This document shows positions 46,221 through 56,339 of a DNA stretch of 64,000 bases, one piece after another (position 1 is the first letter of the stretch; each line of letters begins with the position of its first letter). A model generated the notes under the pieces. The model was not told the origin of the DNA. It ran no database searches and saw only the letters and a list, made by a program, of their open reading frames with translations. This DNA comes from Candidatus Dormiibacterota bacterium (lineage in GTDB: Bacteria > Chloroflexota > Dormibacteria > CF-121). The translations under genes were made by a program, and so were the position numbers. The DNA lies in assembly GCA_036564925.1 (NCBI GenBank), contig DATCOB010000082.1, positions 149-64,148 of the forward strand, written 5' to 3'.

Positions 46221-48427
46221 TGCCCAGTCTCAGCAAGATCCTGCAGCCGATCGGCGCCACGTGCGCAGCCGACACCAGCGCCGCCGAGGCCATCCGGCAG
46301 CTCCGGGCCTCTGGTGAGGACGCGTTGTTGGTCAAAATGGACGGCGGGGTTGTCGGCGTCTTCGGGTATCGGGAGGCCCTTCACGCCTTCGGCGACGGGG
46401 TCTCACCGGTCGAGAAGTTCATGCGCCGGCCTTTGCCAGGACGCAATGTGGCGGACTCAATGGAGTCGGGCGCTGACATCATGGTCCGGGAGGACACGCC
46501 GATCGTCCTGCTCAGTGAGGATGAGGGCGCGTTGTTTCGCAAGACGTCCAGGCCTGTCGGGATGGTGAGCGCCTATGCCATCCTGGCCGAGATCGGGAAG
46601 ACGACGACGGACACCGCCTCGAACAAGGTGTTTTTCGGGCGTAAGGATCTGGGCCTGAACGTGCCGGTGTCGCCGTGCCAGCGCGCCTGCCCGATCCACC
46701 AGGACATCGCCACCTATGTCGATTACGTCTCGCAGGGTCGCTACCTCGATTCGTGGCTAGTCATCCACGAGACCAACCCATTCCCCTCGATGCTGGGCCG
46801 TCTGTGCAACCACCCGTGCGAAACGGACTGCAAGCGTGGCTGGGTGCAAGGACCCGAGAATGCGGTGTCGATCAAGTCGCTCAAGCGTTTCGCGACCGAT
46901 TATGCGTGGGCCCGCGGGATGAAGATCGATTACCGCCGGGCGCCGGAGAATGGCAAGCACATCGCGGTCGTCGGATCGGGGCCGGCCGGGCTCACGGCGG
47001 CCCAGGACCTGCGTCTGATGGGCTACGCGGTCGACCTGTACGAACGCGAGAAGAAGCTCGGCGGCCTGCTATCGGCCAGCATCCCGCACTTCCGCTTTGA
47101 GATCGATCAGCTGCTCTGGGAAATCCAGATGATCGTTGATACGGGCGTCACGGTCTTGCTCGAGAAGAATGTCGGCAAGGACATCAAGGTTGAGCGGCTG
47201 CTCGATGACTACGATGCGGTTTTCCTTTCTGTGGGGATGATGACGGGCCGGATCCTGCCGGTGCCCGGGTCGGATCTGCCAGAGGTCATTTCGGCGATGG
47301 AGTTCCTGCGGATCCGCTCCTACGACGTCATTCCTGACAACTTCCCCAAAGGCGGCGACGTCGTGGTGATCGGCGGCGGCGCGGTGGCCACCGATGCGGC
47401 GCAGACCTCGATCAAGAGCGGAGCGCGCAAGGCATGGATGGTGTCCATTGAGCCGGCCGACCGGCTCCCTGCATTCGGGAACGAACTGGTCGAAGCGCGC
47501 GAGATCGGCCTGCAGCTGCACACGGGCGTCATCGTCAATGCCATCAAGGCCGATGAGCAGGGTCACGTCAAAGGCGTGGAATTCATCCGTGTGGACGAGA
47601 AGAAGCTCGAATTCGATCCCGAAAGTGGCAAGCTGCTGATCAGCACCGTGCAGAAGATCCCGGGCAGCGAGCACGTCATCCCGTGCCGCTATGCGATCTT
47701 CGCCTCCGGCCAGATCATGGATTTCGCCCAGGACGCGGGCGTGCCGCTAACGCCGCGCAAATTGATGGAAGCGGACACGGGCGGCCACACCCGGGTCGCC
47801 AAGTTGTTTGCCGGCGGTGACTGCGTTGAGGGGCCGTCCTTCATCGTCAACGCAGTCGCCTGGGGCCACCGGGTCGCCCGCTCGATCAACGAGTTTCTCG
47901 GTGCCTCAGTGCCGCGGGATGCGAAGGCCCTCACGGTGATCGAGGCGACGGATGACCATCGAGAGGCCGACTACTATCCGCGCGAAGAACCGCCCATCCT
48001 TCCCGCGGACAAACGGATGGACATGAGCCCCGTCGAGCTTTCGTGGAACGACGAGCAGGCCATCACCGCGGCGCTGCGCTGCTTTCAGTGCGACACCGTC
48101 CACCACGTGGACGAGTCCACCTGCATCCTGTGCGGGGCGTGCGACGACGTCTGTCCGGAAAAGGCGCTCGACGTGATCGTGTTTGGGGAAAATCGGGATA
48201 CATCGAGCGGCGGCTTTGTCGAGATCTGCAACACGGTGCTCGGAGAAGAGTTCGGGGGAAAGGCAGGCAAGATCATGGTCAACTACGATCGCTGCACGAA
48301 CTGCCGGATCTGCGAGGATCACTGTCCGGTGAACTGCATTACCTTCCAACGGGTCCGCTTCCCCGACGACACGATGCAGATGATCCCCTTGACGCCGGTG
48401 CAGGCGCCCGCAAGGGCTGGGGTCTGA
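46220..48427 (+). CDS. CBS + GltD/DsrL-like FAD oxidoreductase + 2x[4Fe-4S] ferredoxin fusion
   Basis: PCQRACP, LCNHPCETDC, GSGPAGL, GGG-x-x-A-x-D, AGGD, RCFQC and two CxxCxxCxxxCP motifs. Confidence 0.88.
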   Translation: MPSLSKILQPIGATCAADTSAAEAIRQLRASGEDALLVKMDGGVVGVFGYREALHAFGDGVSPVEKFMRRPLPGRNVADSMESGADIMVREDTPIVLLSEDEGALFRKTSRPVGMVSAYAILAEIGKTTTDTASNKVFFGRKDLGLNVPVSPCQRACPIHQDIATYVDYVSQGRYLDSWLVIHETNPFPSMLGRLCNHPCETDCKRGWVQGPENAVSIKSLKRFATDYAWARGMKIDYRRAPENGKHIAVVGSGPAGLTAAQDLRLMGYAVDLYEREKKLGGLLSASIPHFRFEIDQLLWEIQMIVDTGVTVLLEKNVGKDIKVERLLDDYDAVFLSVGMMTGRILPVPGSDLPEVISAMEFLRIRSYDVIPDNFPKGGDVVVIGGGAVATDAAQTSIKSGARKAWMVSIEPADRLPAFGNELVEAREIGLQLHTGVIVNAIKADEQGHVKGVEFIRVDEKKLEFDPESGKLLISTVQKIPGSEHVIPCRYAIFASGQIMDFAQDAGVPLTPRKLMEADTGGHTRVAKLFAGGDCVEGPSFIVNAVAWGHRVARSINEFLGASVPRDAKALTVIEATDDHREADYYPREEPPILPADKRMDMSPVELSWNDEQAITAALRCFQCDTVHHVDESTCILCGACDDVCPEKALDVIVFGENRDTSSGGFVEICNTVLGEEFGGKAGKIMVNYDRCTNCRICEDHCPVNCITFQRVRFPDDTMQMIPLTPVQAPARAGV

Positions 48428-48428
48428 C

Positions 48429-49427
48429 ATGGCTAGGTTGACCGTCACGGAAGGGGTGGCGACGCGTGATGTTGCCGCGCAGCGGCCGGTACTCAATGCC
48501 TGGCGGCTTACGCCGCTGGCGTTTTATCTGCTGGGATTTCTCCTGGTCCGCCCGGACCTCGCGCGACTTCCGGGCGCGATCGCCGATTTTTCCCTCCACC
48601 TGTACTTCACGGCGATGGTCCTCTATGTGGGGGCGATGTTCTTTTACTTCGCCTATTTCGCTTACCGTCGGGAGGGGCTGCGCTGGCTGGGATTGACGCT
48701 GGCGGTCCCGGGTGCCGCCGTGCATCTCGGGGCGATCATCAGCCGTGGGTTCGCCGATGGCCACTACCCGCTGGCCAACATGTACGAGTACAGCTCGATG
48801 TTCGCCCTCGTCGCGGTCGCCGCCTACCTGCTGATGACGGTGCGGTATCCCGTTGCTTCGCTGGGTGGCGGCGTCGCGCTGTTCGTGGTCGTCGCGCTGA
48901 TGGGCATCGGCTACGGGCTCTACCAATCGCCGGAGCCCCTCGTACCGGCCCTCCAGAGCTACTGGCTCAAGATCCACGTGAGCAGCATGATGGCCTCCTC
49001 CGGGATCCTGGTGTCGAGCTTCGTGTTCGCGGCGCTCTACCTGGTCAAAGACCGAAGCGCGAACGCCAGGTCGTGGCTCAGCGGCTCGGCGATCGCCGCC
49101 CGGTTGCCGTCACTCGAGACGCTGGACCGCCTCACATTCCGGGCTATCCTGCTGGGCTTCCCCATCTGGACCTTCGGGACGATGGCCGGGGCCATCTGGG
49201 GTGAGCATGCCTGGGGTCGGTGGTGGGGCTGGGACCCAAAAGAGACATGGGCCGCGATCACGTGGATCGTCTACGCCATCTACCTGCACGCGCACGGCTT
49301 GCGGGCCTGGCGGGGGCGGCGCACGGCGCTGATCGCGACCGCCGGCTTCATCTCCATCATGGTGACGCTCTACGCGGTGAACCTCTGGATCGTCGGACTC
49401 CATAGCTACGCGAAGGGCGCCGGCTAA
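48429..49427 (+). CDS. ccsA: Cytochrome c biogenesis protein CcsA/ResC
   Basis: HYPLANMYE, LQSYWLKIHV and WWD motif WGRWWGWDPKETW; C-terminal LHSY. Confidence 0.92.
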   Translation: MARLTVTEGVATRDVAAQRPVLNAWRLTPLAFYLLGFLLVRPDLARLPGAIADFSLHLYFTAMVLYVGAMFFYFAYFAYRREGLRWLGLTLAVPGAAVHLGAIISRGFADGHYPLANMYEYSSMFALVAVAAYLLMTVRYPVASLGGGVALFVVVALMGIGYGLYQSPEPLVPALQSYWLKIHVSSMMASSGILVSSFVFAALYLVKDRSANARSWLSGSAIAARLPSLETLDRLTFRAILLGFPIWTFGTMAGAIWGEHAWGRWWGWDPKETWAAITWIVYAIYLHAHGLRAWRGRRTALIATAGFISIMVTLYAVNLWIVGLHSYAKGAG

Positions 49428-49432
49428 GCAAA

Positions 49433-49466
49433 CGGCTCGCCCGGCGGGCTTGCTGAATCGCCTGAG
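49433..49466 (+). repeat. 3-prime fragment (E) of the structured repeat
   Basis: cggctcgcccggcgggcttgctgaatcgcctgag matches the last 34 nt of copy B at about 25/34 positions by manual count. Confidence 0.55.
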
Positions 49467-49508
49467 GTGAGAATCCGGCCGCGGTGGACACCGGCGGCGC
49501 CGGGTCAC

Positions 49509-50717
49509 ATGTCCGGCGACATCAGTCCGACCTGGCGCACCAGTCTGTACCTCACGTGCCTGGCGCAGGCCATCGCCATGCTCGCCTTCGGCTTCGTTCT
49601 GCCATTCTTGCCGCTCTACCTGCGCGAGATCGGCGTCAGCCCTGACAGCGCCGTGGTCTTCTGGTCAGGGGCGCTGGTGACCAGCACGGCGGTCTCGCTC
49701 GCCATCGCCAGTCCAATCTGGGGAATGGTCGCCGATCGTCGAGGCCGCAAAGTCATGGTGCTGCGCGCCCTGATCGTCGGCGGCTTGATCATCGGCCTGA
49801 TGGGACTCGTGCAGAACGTCTTTCAATTCCTCGCGTTGCGGATCCTCCAAGGGATCTTTACCGGCACCATTGCCGCCTCGACGGCCCTGGTCGCGACCTC
49901 CGTTCCGCGCGAGCGCCTGGCGTCGAGCATGGGTCTTCTTCAGACGAGCGTGTACGTGGGCATCTCGGCCGGTCCCGTGCTCGGTGGCGTGATGGCCCAG
50001 GTGGTCGGCATTCGCGGTACGTTCGCCGTCGCGGGCGCCCTGCTGATCGGGGGCGGCGTGCTGGTGTGGCAGTTTGTCCATGAGCACTACGCGCCTGAGT
50101 CGATTGGGCGGCGCCCTGGATTTTGGCCGACCGTGCGTGAGGGCCTCACGTCCCGCACGCTCATGCCGTTGCTCGTCGTCCTGCTGCTCATCCAGTTGAG
50201 CTCGGCGATCTCGTTCCCGATCCTTCCGCTGTTCGTCCAGGGGATCTCGTCGCCCGGTGCCCCGGTCAAGCTCTACGCCGGCCTTGCCTTCGGCGTGACG
50301 GCCGGCTTCAGCGCGCTGGCTGCCATCACCTACAGCCCCGTCGTCAGCCGGAGCGGCTATCGCCGGCTGCTGATCGCGGCATGCTGTGGCGCCGCGATCT
50401 TCTTTTTGCCCCAGGCCTTCACTCGGAACATCGGCCAGTTCCTTCTGCTTCGCGCCGGCCTGGGCATCTTCTTCGGCGTGCTAATTCCGGCCACCAACGC
50501 CATCGTTGGCCTGTCGACGCCCGGATCGATGCGGGGCTCGGCGTACGGTCTGACCAGTAGCGCCACGGCCTTGGGGAATGCCATCGGGCCGCTGGTGGGC
50601 GCTGCGCTTGCGGCGAGCCTCGGATATCCCTCGATCTTTGTGGCGACCGCCATCGTCCTCGGACTCCTCGCCGTCTGGATCATGGGGTTGGTGCGTGAGC
50701 CGTTGCCCTCGGGCTGA
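49509..50717 (+). CDS. MFS transporter (MdtG/DHA1-like)
   Basis: WGMVADRRGRK motif A, LRILQG and 12 TM segments. Confidence 0.9.
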   Translation: MSGDISPTWRTSLYLTCLAQAIAMLAFGFVLPFLPLYLREIGVSPDSAVVFWSGALVTSTAVSLAIASPIWGMVADRRGRKVMVLRALIVGGLIIGLMGLVQNVFQFLALRILQGIFTGTIAASTALVATSVPRERLASSMGLLQTSVYVGISAGPVLGGVMAQVVGIRGTFAVAGALLIGGGVLVWQFVHEHYAPESIGRRPGFWPTVREGLTSRTLMPLLVVLLLIQLSSAISFPILPLFVQGISSPGAPVKLYAGLAFGVTAGFSALAAITYSPVVSRSGYRRLLIAACCGAAIFFLPQAFTRNIGQFLLLRAGLGIFFGVLIPATNAIVGLSTPGSMRGSAYGLTSSATALGNAIGPLVGAALAASLGYPSIFVATAIVLGLLAVWIMGLVREPLPSG

Positions 50718-50744
50718 GCTGGGCTCCAGCTAAACTCCATCTCA

Positions 50745-52160
50745 ATGCCCTTGCTCGACCAATCACTCGTGGACAGCGTGATCAAGCGCGCGCTGCGTTC
50801 CGGGGCGGACTTCGTCGAGCTGTTCGTCGAGCGAAAGCGCAACCAGGCGATCAGTGTGGAAGAGGGCAAAGTCCAGCGGGTCAACTCCGGAAATGATCAC
50901 GGTGCCGGTCTTCGGATCATTCATGGCGGCACGGTTAGCTACATCTATACGGAAGACCTTTCGGAGGACGCCCTCCTCAAGACCGCCGACCTCGCCGCAT
51001 CCATCGGTCGACGGGGGGGCGGAAAATACGCGCTGGGACAGCTGATCGGCGTTCCCAACAGGCCGCAATCCATCGAGGTGCCGCCGGACTCGATCGGGCC
51101 TGAGGCAAAGATCGAATTATTGCTGGAGGCGGACCACGCGGCCCGTGCCGTGGATGGCGCCATCAAGCAGGTGGGCGTCGGGTACGGCCAGAGTGCGCAG
51201 GAGGTACTGGTCGCCAATTCCGAGGGGATTCGACACACGGACTCGCGGACGCGGGTTCGGCTGATGGTCCATGCCGTCGCGGAGCGCAATGGCGAGATTC
51301 AGACCGCGATGGAGGCGCCGGGGTCGCAGCGGGGCTTCGAGTTCTTCGATGACACCTCGCCCGCCGAGTACGCGCGCGCTGCGGCCGAGCGCGCCGTGGC
51401 CCTCCTGGACGCGGGCCCGTCGCCAGTCGGGACGATGGCTGTCGTCATCGGCAACGAGTTCGGGGGCGTCCTGTTCCACGAAGCCTGTGGACACGGGCTC
51501 GAGGCGGACTTTGTCGGGAAAGGGACGACCGTGTTCGGCGGAAAGATCGGCCAGGCGGTCGCCAGTCCTATTGTGACGGCGATCGATGATGGGACGTTGC
51601 CGAGCCGCTGGGGCACGCTCGCGGTCGACGATGAGGGTGTGCCGACACGCCGAAACGTTCTCATCCAGGACGGCATCCTGGTGAGCTACATGTACGACCG
51701 ACTCCGTAGCGGCCAGCAGAACCATCCACCAACGGGAAATGGACGGCGTCAGTCCTACCAGCACCTCCCCATTCCGCGCATGACCAACACGTTCATCGCC
51801 GCCGGCGCGCACTCCGTTGACGACATCGTCGCGGCAACGGCTCGCGGGTTATATGCGAAGAAGCTGGGTGCGGGCCAGGTGGATGTGACGAACGGCGACT
51901 TCGTCTTCGCGGTGACTGAGGGCTACCTGATCGAGGATGGAAAGGTCGGTCGCCCCGTGCGCGGCGCCACCATCGTCGGCAATGGGCCGCGCGCGCTCCA
52001 CAAGATCGACATGGTCGGCAATGACCTCAAGCTGGCGCCAGGGACGTGCGGCAAGGATGGGCAGGGTGTGCCGGTCTCGGTGGGCCAGCCGACCATCCGG
52101 GTCAGTGAGATGACGGTTGGCGGTACGGGCGCGGTCTCCGGCGGCGCGATGCGCCCGTGA
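50745..52160 (+). CDS. tldD: TldD metalloprotease
   Basis: HEACGH zinc motif, DDEG, RMTNT and CGKDGQ motifs. Confidence 0.95.
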   Translation: MPLLDQSLVDSVIKRALRSGADFVELFVERKRNQAISVEEGKVQRVNSGNDHGAGLRIIHGGTVSYIYTEDLSEDALLKTADLAASIGRRGGGKYALGQLIGVPNRPQSIEVPPDSIGPEAKIELLLEADHAARAVDGAIKQVGVGYGQSAQEVLVANSEGIRHTDSRTRVRLMVHAVAERNGEIQTAMEAPGSQRGFEFFDDTSPAEYARAAAERAVALLDAGPSPVGTMAVVIGNEFGGVLFHEACGHGLEADFVGKGTTVFGGKIGQAVASPIVTAIDDGTLPSRWGTLAVDDEGVPTRRNVLIQDGILVSYMYDRLRSGQQNHPPTGNGRRQSYQHLPIPRMTNTFIAAGAHSVDDIVAATARGLYAKKLGAGQVDVTNGDFVFAVTEGYLIEDGKVGRPVRGATIVGNGPRALHKIDMVGNDLKLAPGTCGKDGQGVPVSVGQPTIRVSEMTVGGTGAVSGGAMRP

Positions 52161-53494
52161 ACCCGGCCGCGGACCGCCTGCTCGATCGCGCGAAAAAAAA
52201 CGGCGCGGAGGAGGCCGAGGTCTACATCTCCCGGGGCAGCGAGTTGACCGTCAACGTGTACAAGCAGGAGATCGAATCCCTCGTCTCGGCGGAGAGTCGG
52301 GGGATCGGGCTCCGCACGCTGCGCGAGCACCGGGTGGGCTTTTCCTACACCTCCGACACCGACGACGCCGCTCTCGATGCGCTGGTCGATGAGGCGCTCG
52401 AGAACGGCCGCTACAACCATTCCGACGACGCCAATGTGCTACCGGAAACGGAGCCCGTTCTCCCCCTTGCCGGCCTGTACTCTCCGGGACTCGCGTCAGT
52501 CGATCCGCAGCGCAAGATCGACTTTGCCCTCGAGATGGAGCGTCGCGCCATCTCGATCGACCCACGGGTGCGCCGGGTCAGCGAGGCCGTTTACAGCGAC
52601 GGAGCCGGAAGTGTCGAGATTTATAACACGCGCGGCCTGGCCGTGGACTTCCACCGCAGCGTCGCCTATGGTGTCCTGCAAACGATCGCCGAGGCGGAGG
52701 GCGAGATGCAGTCCGGTTTCGCCTTTACCCACGGCCGGGACATTGATGCGCTCGATCTCGACGCGGTGGTTACCGAGGCGGTGGCGAACGCCGCCGGGCT
52801 ACTGGGGGCCAAGCGCGTCCCGACGGCCAGGGTCCCGGTTGTGCTGCATCCGCACGCCGCCGCCATGATCCTCGGCATCCTCTCGAGCTCGTTTTCGGCG
52901 GACGCCGTCCTCAAGCAGCGGTCCTTGCTGGCGGGGAAGGTGGGAGAGCAGGTTGCCGCCACCGTCCTGACCATCACGGATGACGCCAGGCTCCCCGATG
53001 GCCTCGCCAGCCGGCCGTTCGACGGTGAGGGGGTGCCGGCGCGCCGCAACGAACTGATCAAGGACGGGGTGTTGCAAGGCTACCTCCACAACACCTACAC
53101 CGCCAGGCGAAGCGAGAGCCGGTCGACCGGCAACGCGGTACGCTCGTATAAGAGCGTGCCCGAAGTCGGCGTCACCAACCTGGTCCTCACGCCGGGCACC
53201 ATCAGCCGTACGGAGTTGCTCAACCGGGTGGGTAACGGACTGCACGTATCGCAGCTCCACGGATTGAACACCGTCAACCCGATATCCGGCGAGTTCTCCC
53301 TGGGATTGACCGGGCACTGGATCGAGAACGGCCAGCTGACGCAGCCGGTCCGGGAGCTCACGGTGGCCGGCAATGTGATCGACCTGTTGAAGCGCGTGGT
53401 CGCCATCGCCGACGACCTTCGCTTCATGTTCGCCGGTGGGTTTGTGGGAAGTCCGACCGTGCTGATCGAGGAGTTGCCCGTCGGCGGGACGTAG
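52157..53494 (+). CDS. pmbA: PmbA/TldE
   Basis: FDGEG and SGEFS motifs, no HExxxH; paired with tldD. Confidence 0.93.
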   Translation: MNPAADRLLDRAKKNGAEEAEVYISRGSELTVNVYKQEIESLVSAESRGIGLRTLREHRVGFSYTSDTDDAALDALVDEALENGRYNHSDDANVLPETEPVLPLAGLYSPGLASVDPQRKIDFALEMERRAISIDPRVRRVSEAVYSDGAGSVEIYNTRGLAVDFHRSVAYGVLQTIAEAEGEMQSGFAFTHGRDIDALDLDAVVTEAVANAAGLLGAKRVPTARVPVVLHPHAAAMILGILSSSFSADAVLKQRSLLAGKVGEQVAATVLTITDDARLPDGLASRPFDGEGVPARRNELIKDGVLQGYLHNTYTARRSESRSTGNAVRSYKSVPEVGVTNLVLTPGTISRTELLNRVGNGLHVSQLHGLNTVNPISGEFSLGLTGHWIENGQLTQPVRELTVAGNVIDLLKRVVAIADDLRFMFAGGFVGSPTVLIEELPVGGT

Positions 53495-53528
53495 TCATTC
53501 GCCCCTGCCCATTCAACGTCCGGCCGTC

Positions 53529-54690
53529 GTGCTGGGGTTGCTGTGGCTCACCGGCATCAACCTGCGCACGGTGATCCTCGGCGTGCCGCCCACGCTGCCC
53601 ACCCTGCATCGGGTGCTGGGCCTTTCCTACAGCGCCGGCGGCCTGCTGACATCCCTGCCCGTTCTGGTCATGGCGATCGGGGCCATTCCTGGCGCCTTCT
53701 TGATCAGCCGCGTCGGTCCCCGGCAGGCCGTGACGTACGGCCTGGCCCTGCTGACCACCGGCGCGGCACTGCGAGCCGCCATCCCCGGCACCCTCGTCCT
53801 CTTCGTCTTCACCGTGGTCTTTTCGCTGGGGATCGCGGTCAGTCAGCCGGCGCTGCCCAGCCTGGCGCAGGCGTGGTTCCCCCGGCGCGTCGGCCGCGTC
53901 ATTGGGATCTACTCGAACGGCCTGTTGGTCGGGGAGGTGATCGCCGCGACCATCACGCTTCCCCTCCTCCTGGCCCGCCTGGGGTGGCAGGCGGCCCTGG
54001 CGGTGTGGGCGATCCCCGCCGCCAGGCTCGGTCGGCCTCTGGCTGGCCTTCACGCCACGCACCGGAGCCCGGCTCGTGGTGCCGGCCGCCTGGGTCCCCG
54101 ACTGGCGTAACACGTGGACCCTACGGCTGGGCCTCCTGATGGGTGGCGCGAGCCTGGTGTATTTCGGCATGAACACCTGGATCCCGGACACGCTGGATGC
54201 CCGCCACGCGCGGAACCTCATTCCCCTCACCCTCGGGGTGCTGAATTTCGCGCAGTTGCCGGTCAGCGCCGTCCTCGCCGTTGCCGGCGACACGATGGTG
54301 GGGCGTCGCTGGCCGTACTGGCTGGCCGGCTTCGCGTGCCTGATCGGGGTCGTCGGCTACGCGCTCGCGCCGGCAGCCAGCGCGCCCCTGTGGGCCGGCA
54401 TGGCCGGGGCCGGCAGCAGCCTGGCGTTCATCCTCAACCTCGGCCTTCCGGCGCTCCTCCCCCCGTCGGAGGTCGCTCGGACCAGCGGCTTCATGTTCAC
54501 GATCGGCTACGGATCCGCCTTTTTTGGCCCGGCGCTCGGGGGAGTCGCCTGGGATCTGACCGGCCACTTCCTGTTCGCGCTGGTGCCGATGGGGCTGGCC
54601 GCCCTCGCCATGCTTGCCCTGGGGACGACGCTGCCGCGGCCTGCGGTCAGCCCGTCAGCGCGGCCGGCGTCGTTTGGACGAGGGTGGTGA
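53529..54690 (+). pseudogene. CynX/CeaA-like MFS transporter split by a frameshift near 54021-54031
   Basis: The N-half (INLR, LTSLP) and C-half (YFGMNTW, TIGY) are in different frames and join into a single MFS protein. Confidence 0.75.
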
Positions 54691-55357
54691 CCGCCTGCAA
54701 TCCGGCGAGGACGTCCTCCCGCCTGATCGCGTCGCGGCCGTCCCGCAACGCGCGCGCCATCGCGATCACCTGGCCGCTGAAGGTGACATAGCTGGTCAAC
54801 ATGCTTCCCCGCACGCTATGCAGCCTTCCCTGCGTCAGCTCGGCCTCCACGGCCCCCACCAGGCGTCCGGCGCGGCGAAGCAGGGGATACGCGTCATCTC
54901 GAGTCAGCTTGACGCGGCGCAGTCGATGGAAGTAGGCGACCTCCGGCTCGGGTGGCCGCCGGATCTCGGCGAATCGTTCGGCCCCTTCGAGGAGTCGCAA
55001 CATCGTGTCGTAAACCGCGTCGAGGCGGGCCGCCCCCGTCCGCTCCTGGGTGTAGCCGTAATGCCAGAGGATGACGGCGTCGGCAAACGAGAAGAAAACG
55101 TTCCGGTACAGCGTGTCGCCGCTCAGCGTCGAGGCCAGGGCATTGCGCAGCCCCGCCCTCGCGTTCTTCATGGCCGGACGCTCGAACAGGTCATCGACCA
55201 GGCCGGCCCACTGCGGGCGAGCGGCCATGGAGGCGGTGGCCATCACGGTGAAGGCCGGCACGGACGCCAGGTGCTCGATGGCCGCTGCGAGCGGGGTCGC
55301 CTCGCGGCCGCCCAGGTCGAGTAGCGCTGCGCGCGCTTCGGCCACACCGGGATCCAC
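54647..55357 (-). CDS. Helical hypothetical protein
   Basis: Long ORF downstream of the PHP gene; the start is uncertain. Confidence 0.65.
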   Translation of the reverse strand: MDPGVAEARAALLDLGGREATPLAAAIEHLASVPAFTVMATASMAARPQWAGLVDDLFERPAMKNARAGLRNALASTLSGDTLYRNVFFSFADAVILWHYGYTQERTGAARLDAVYDTMLRLLEGAERFAEIRRPPEPEVAYFHRLRRVKLTRDDAYPLLRRAGRLVGAVEAELTQGRLHSVRGSMLTSYVTFSGQVIAMARALRDGRDAIRREDVLAGLQAVTTLVQTTPAALTG

Positions 55358-55368
55358 CAGCGTCGGGC

Positions 55369-56202
55369 TCAGACCGCTTGCTCCATCGCCGGCCATTGGA
55401 TCCGGGAGCCCAACTTGTCCAGGTAGCGGACGTCGATGATCTTCTTGGGCGCCTCGTAGTCGTCGCCGTTGAAGCCGTGGTAGTCGGTGCCGACCGTCAT
55501 CAAGAGCCCGTGCTGGTTGGCGAGTTCCTCATAGATGGGGATCTGCTCCGGTTTGTGGCGTCGCGTATAGACTTCGAGGCCGTCGACCAGCGGCAGCAGT
55601 TCCTTCATCAGGTCCTGGTCCGGAACGGATCCAGGATGGGCGTGGACCGCCAGGCCGCCCGCGGCGTGGATGGTGTCGATGGCCTCCTGCGGCGACGGAA
55701 TCGGGGCATAGAACTCGGTGGGCATGAAGTCGACCGCCTTCCGGACGCTGTCCCAGGCATCCTTCTCGGTCATCAGCCCATGCTGGAGGATGACCTTCAG
55801 GATGGCGCCCGGCATCACCATGGGCTTGTGCTGGTAGCTTTCCAGGCCGAGTTCCCCACCGATGTCCTGCTCGCGGAGCACGGCGATCCAGGCTTCCGCC
55901 TGCCGGCGGAGGACCCCCTGGGTACGCCGGATCATCGCCAGCAGCCGGGGGTTGTCCATGTCAACCCCATGGCCGAGGATGTGCCGCATCTGGTTGGGCG
56001 GGTAGGTGGTCACCTCCAGGGCCGGAAGGTAGCCAAGGCCGCGCCGGTGCGCCGTCGCCCAGGCGCGCGCCACCCCGTAGAACGAGTCGTGGTCGGTGAG
56101 CGCCATGACCCGGACGCCGTGATCCGCGGCGAGGTGGGCGACCTCGTCCGGGTCACGCCATCCGTCACTGACAGTGGAATGCATGTGGAGATCGGCCAGC
56201 AT
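55369..56202 (-). CDS. PHP-domain phosphoesterase (TrpH/YciV-like)
   Basis: DLHMHSTVSDG, LTDHD, AHP and GTDYHG motifs. Confidence 0.92.
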   Translation of the reverse strand: MLADLHMHSTVSDGWRDPDEVAHLAADHGVRVMALTDHDSFYGVARAWATAHRRGLGYLPALEVTTYPPNQMRHILGHGVDMDNPRLLAMIRRTQGVLRRQAEAWIAVLREQDIGGELGLESYQHKPMVMPGAILKVILQHGLMTEKDAWDSVRKAVDFMPTEFYAPIPSPQEAIDTIHAAGGLAVHAHPGSVPDQDLMKELLPLVDGLEVYTRRHKPEQIPIYEELANQHGLLMTVGTDYHGFNGDDYEAPKKIIDVRYLDKLGSRIQWPAMEQAV

Positions 56203-56339
56203 GAGCCCTAGTCTACCGGCCCTTACCGAACTCAGGTCGCGACTGTATTTCCCCCGGTGACGGATTTCCCGACGGCCCCCGTTGGGTATCAATAAGAGCA
56301 GGCAGCAACCGGTTTTCGCTAAAAAGTTAGGTGGGACAC

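Noticed and set aside
46220-48427. True DsrL (sulfur metabolism) or glutamate synthase small subunit
   Set aside because: No dsrAB or gltB is in the window, and this architecture is shared by many GltD-like proteins.
52193-52200. A8 run in pmbA as a phase-variation or frameshift site
   Set aside because: The gene is in frame (A-K-K-N); a single short run is weak evidence.
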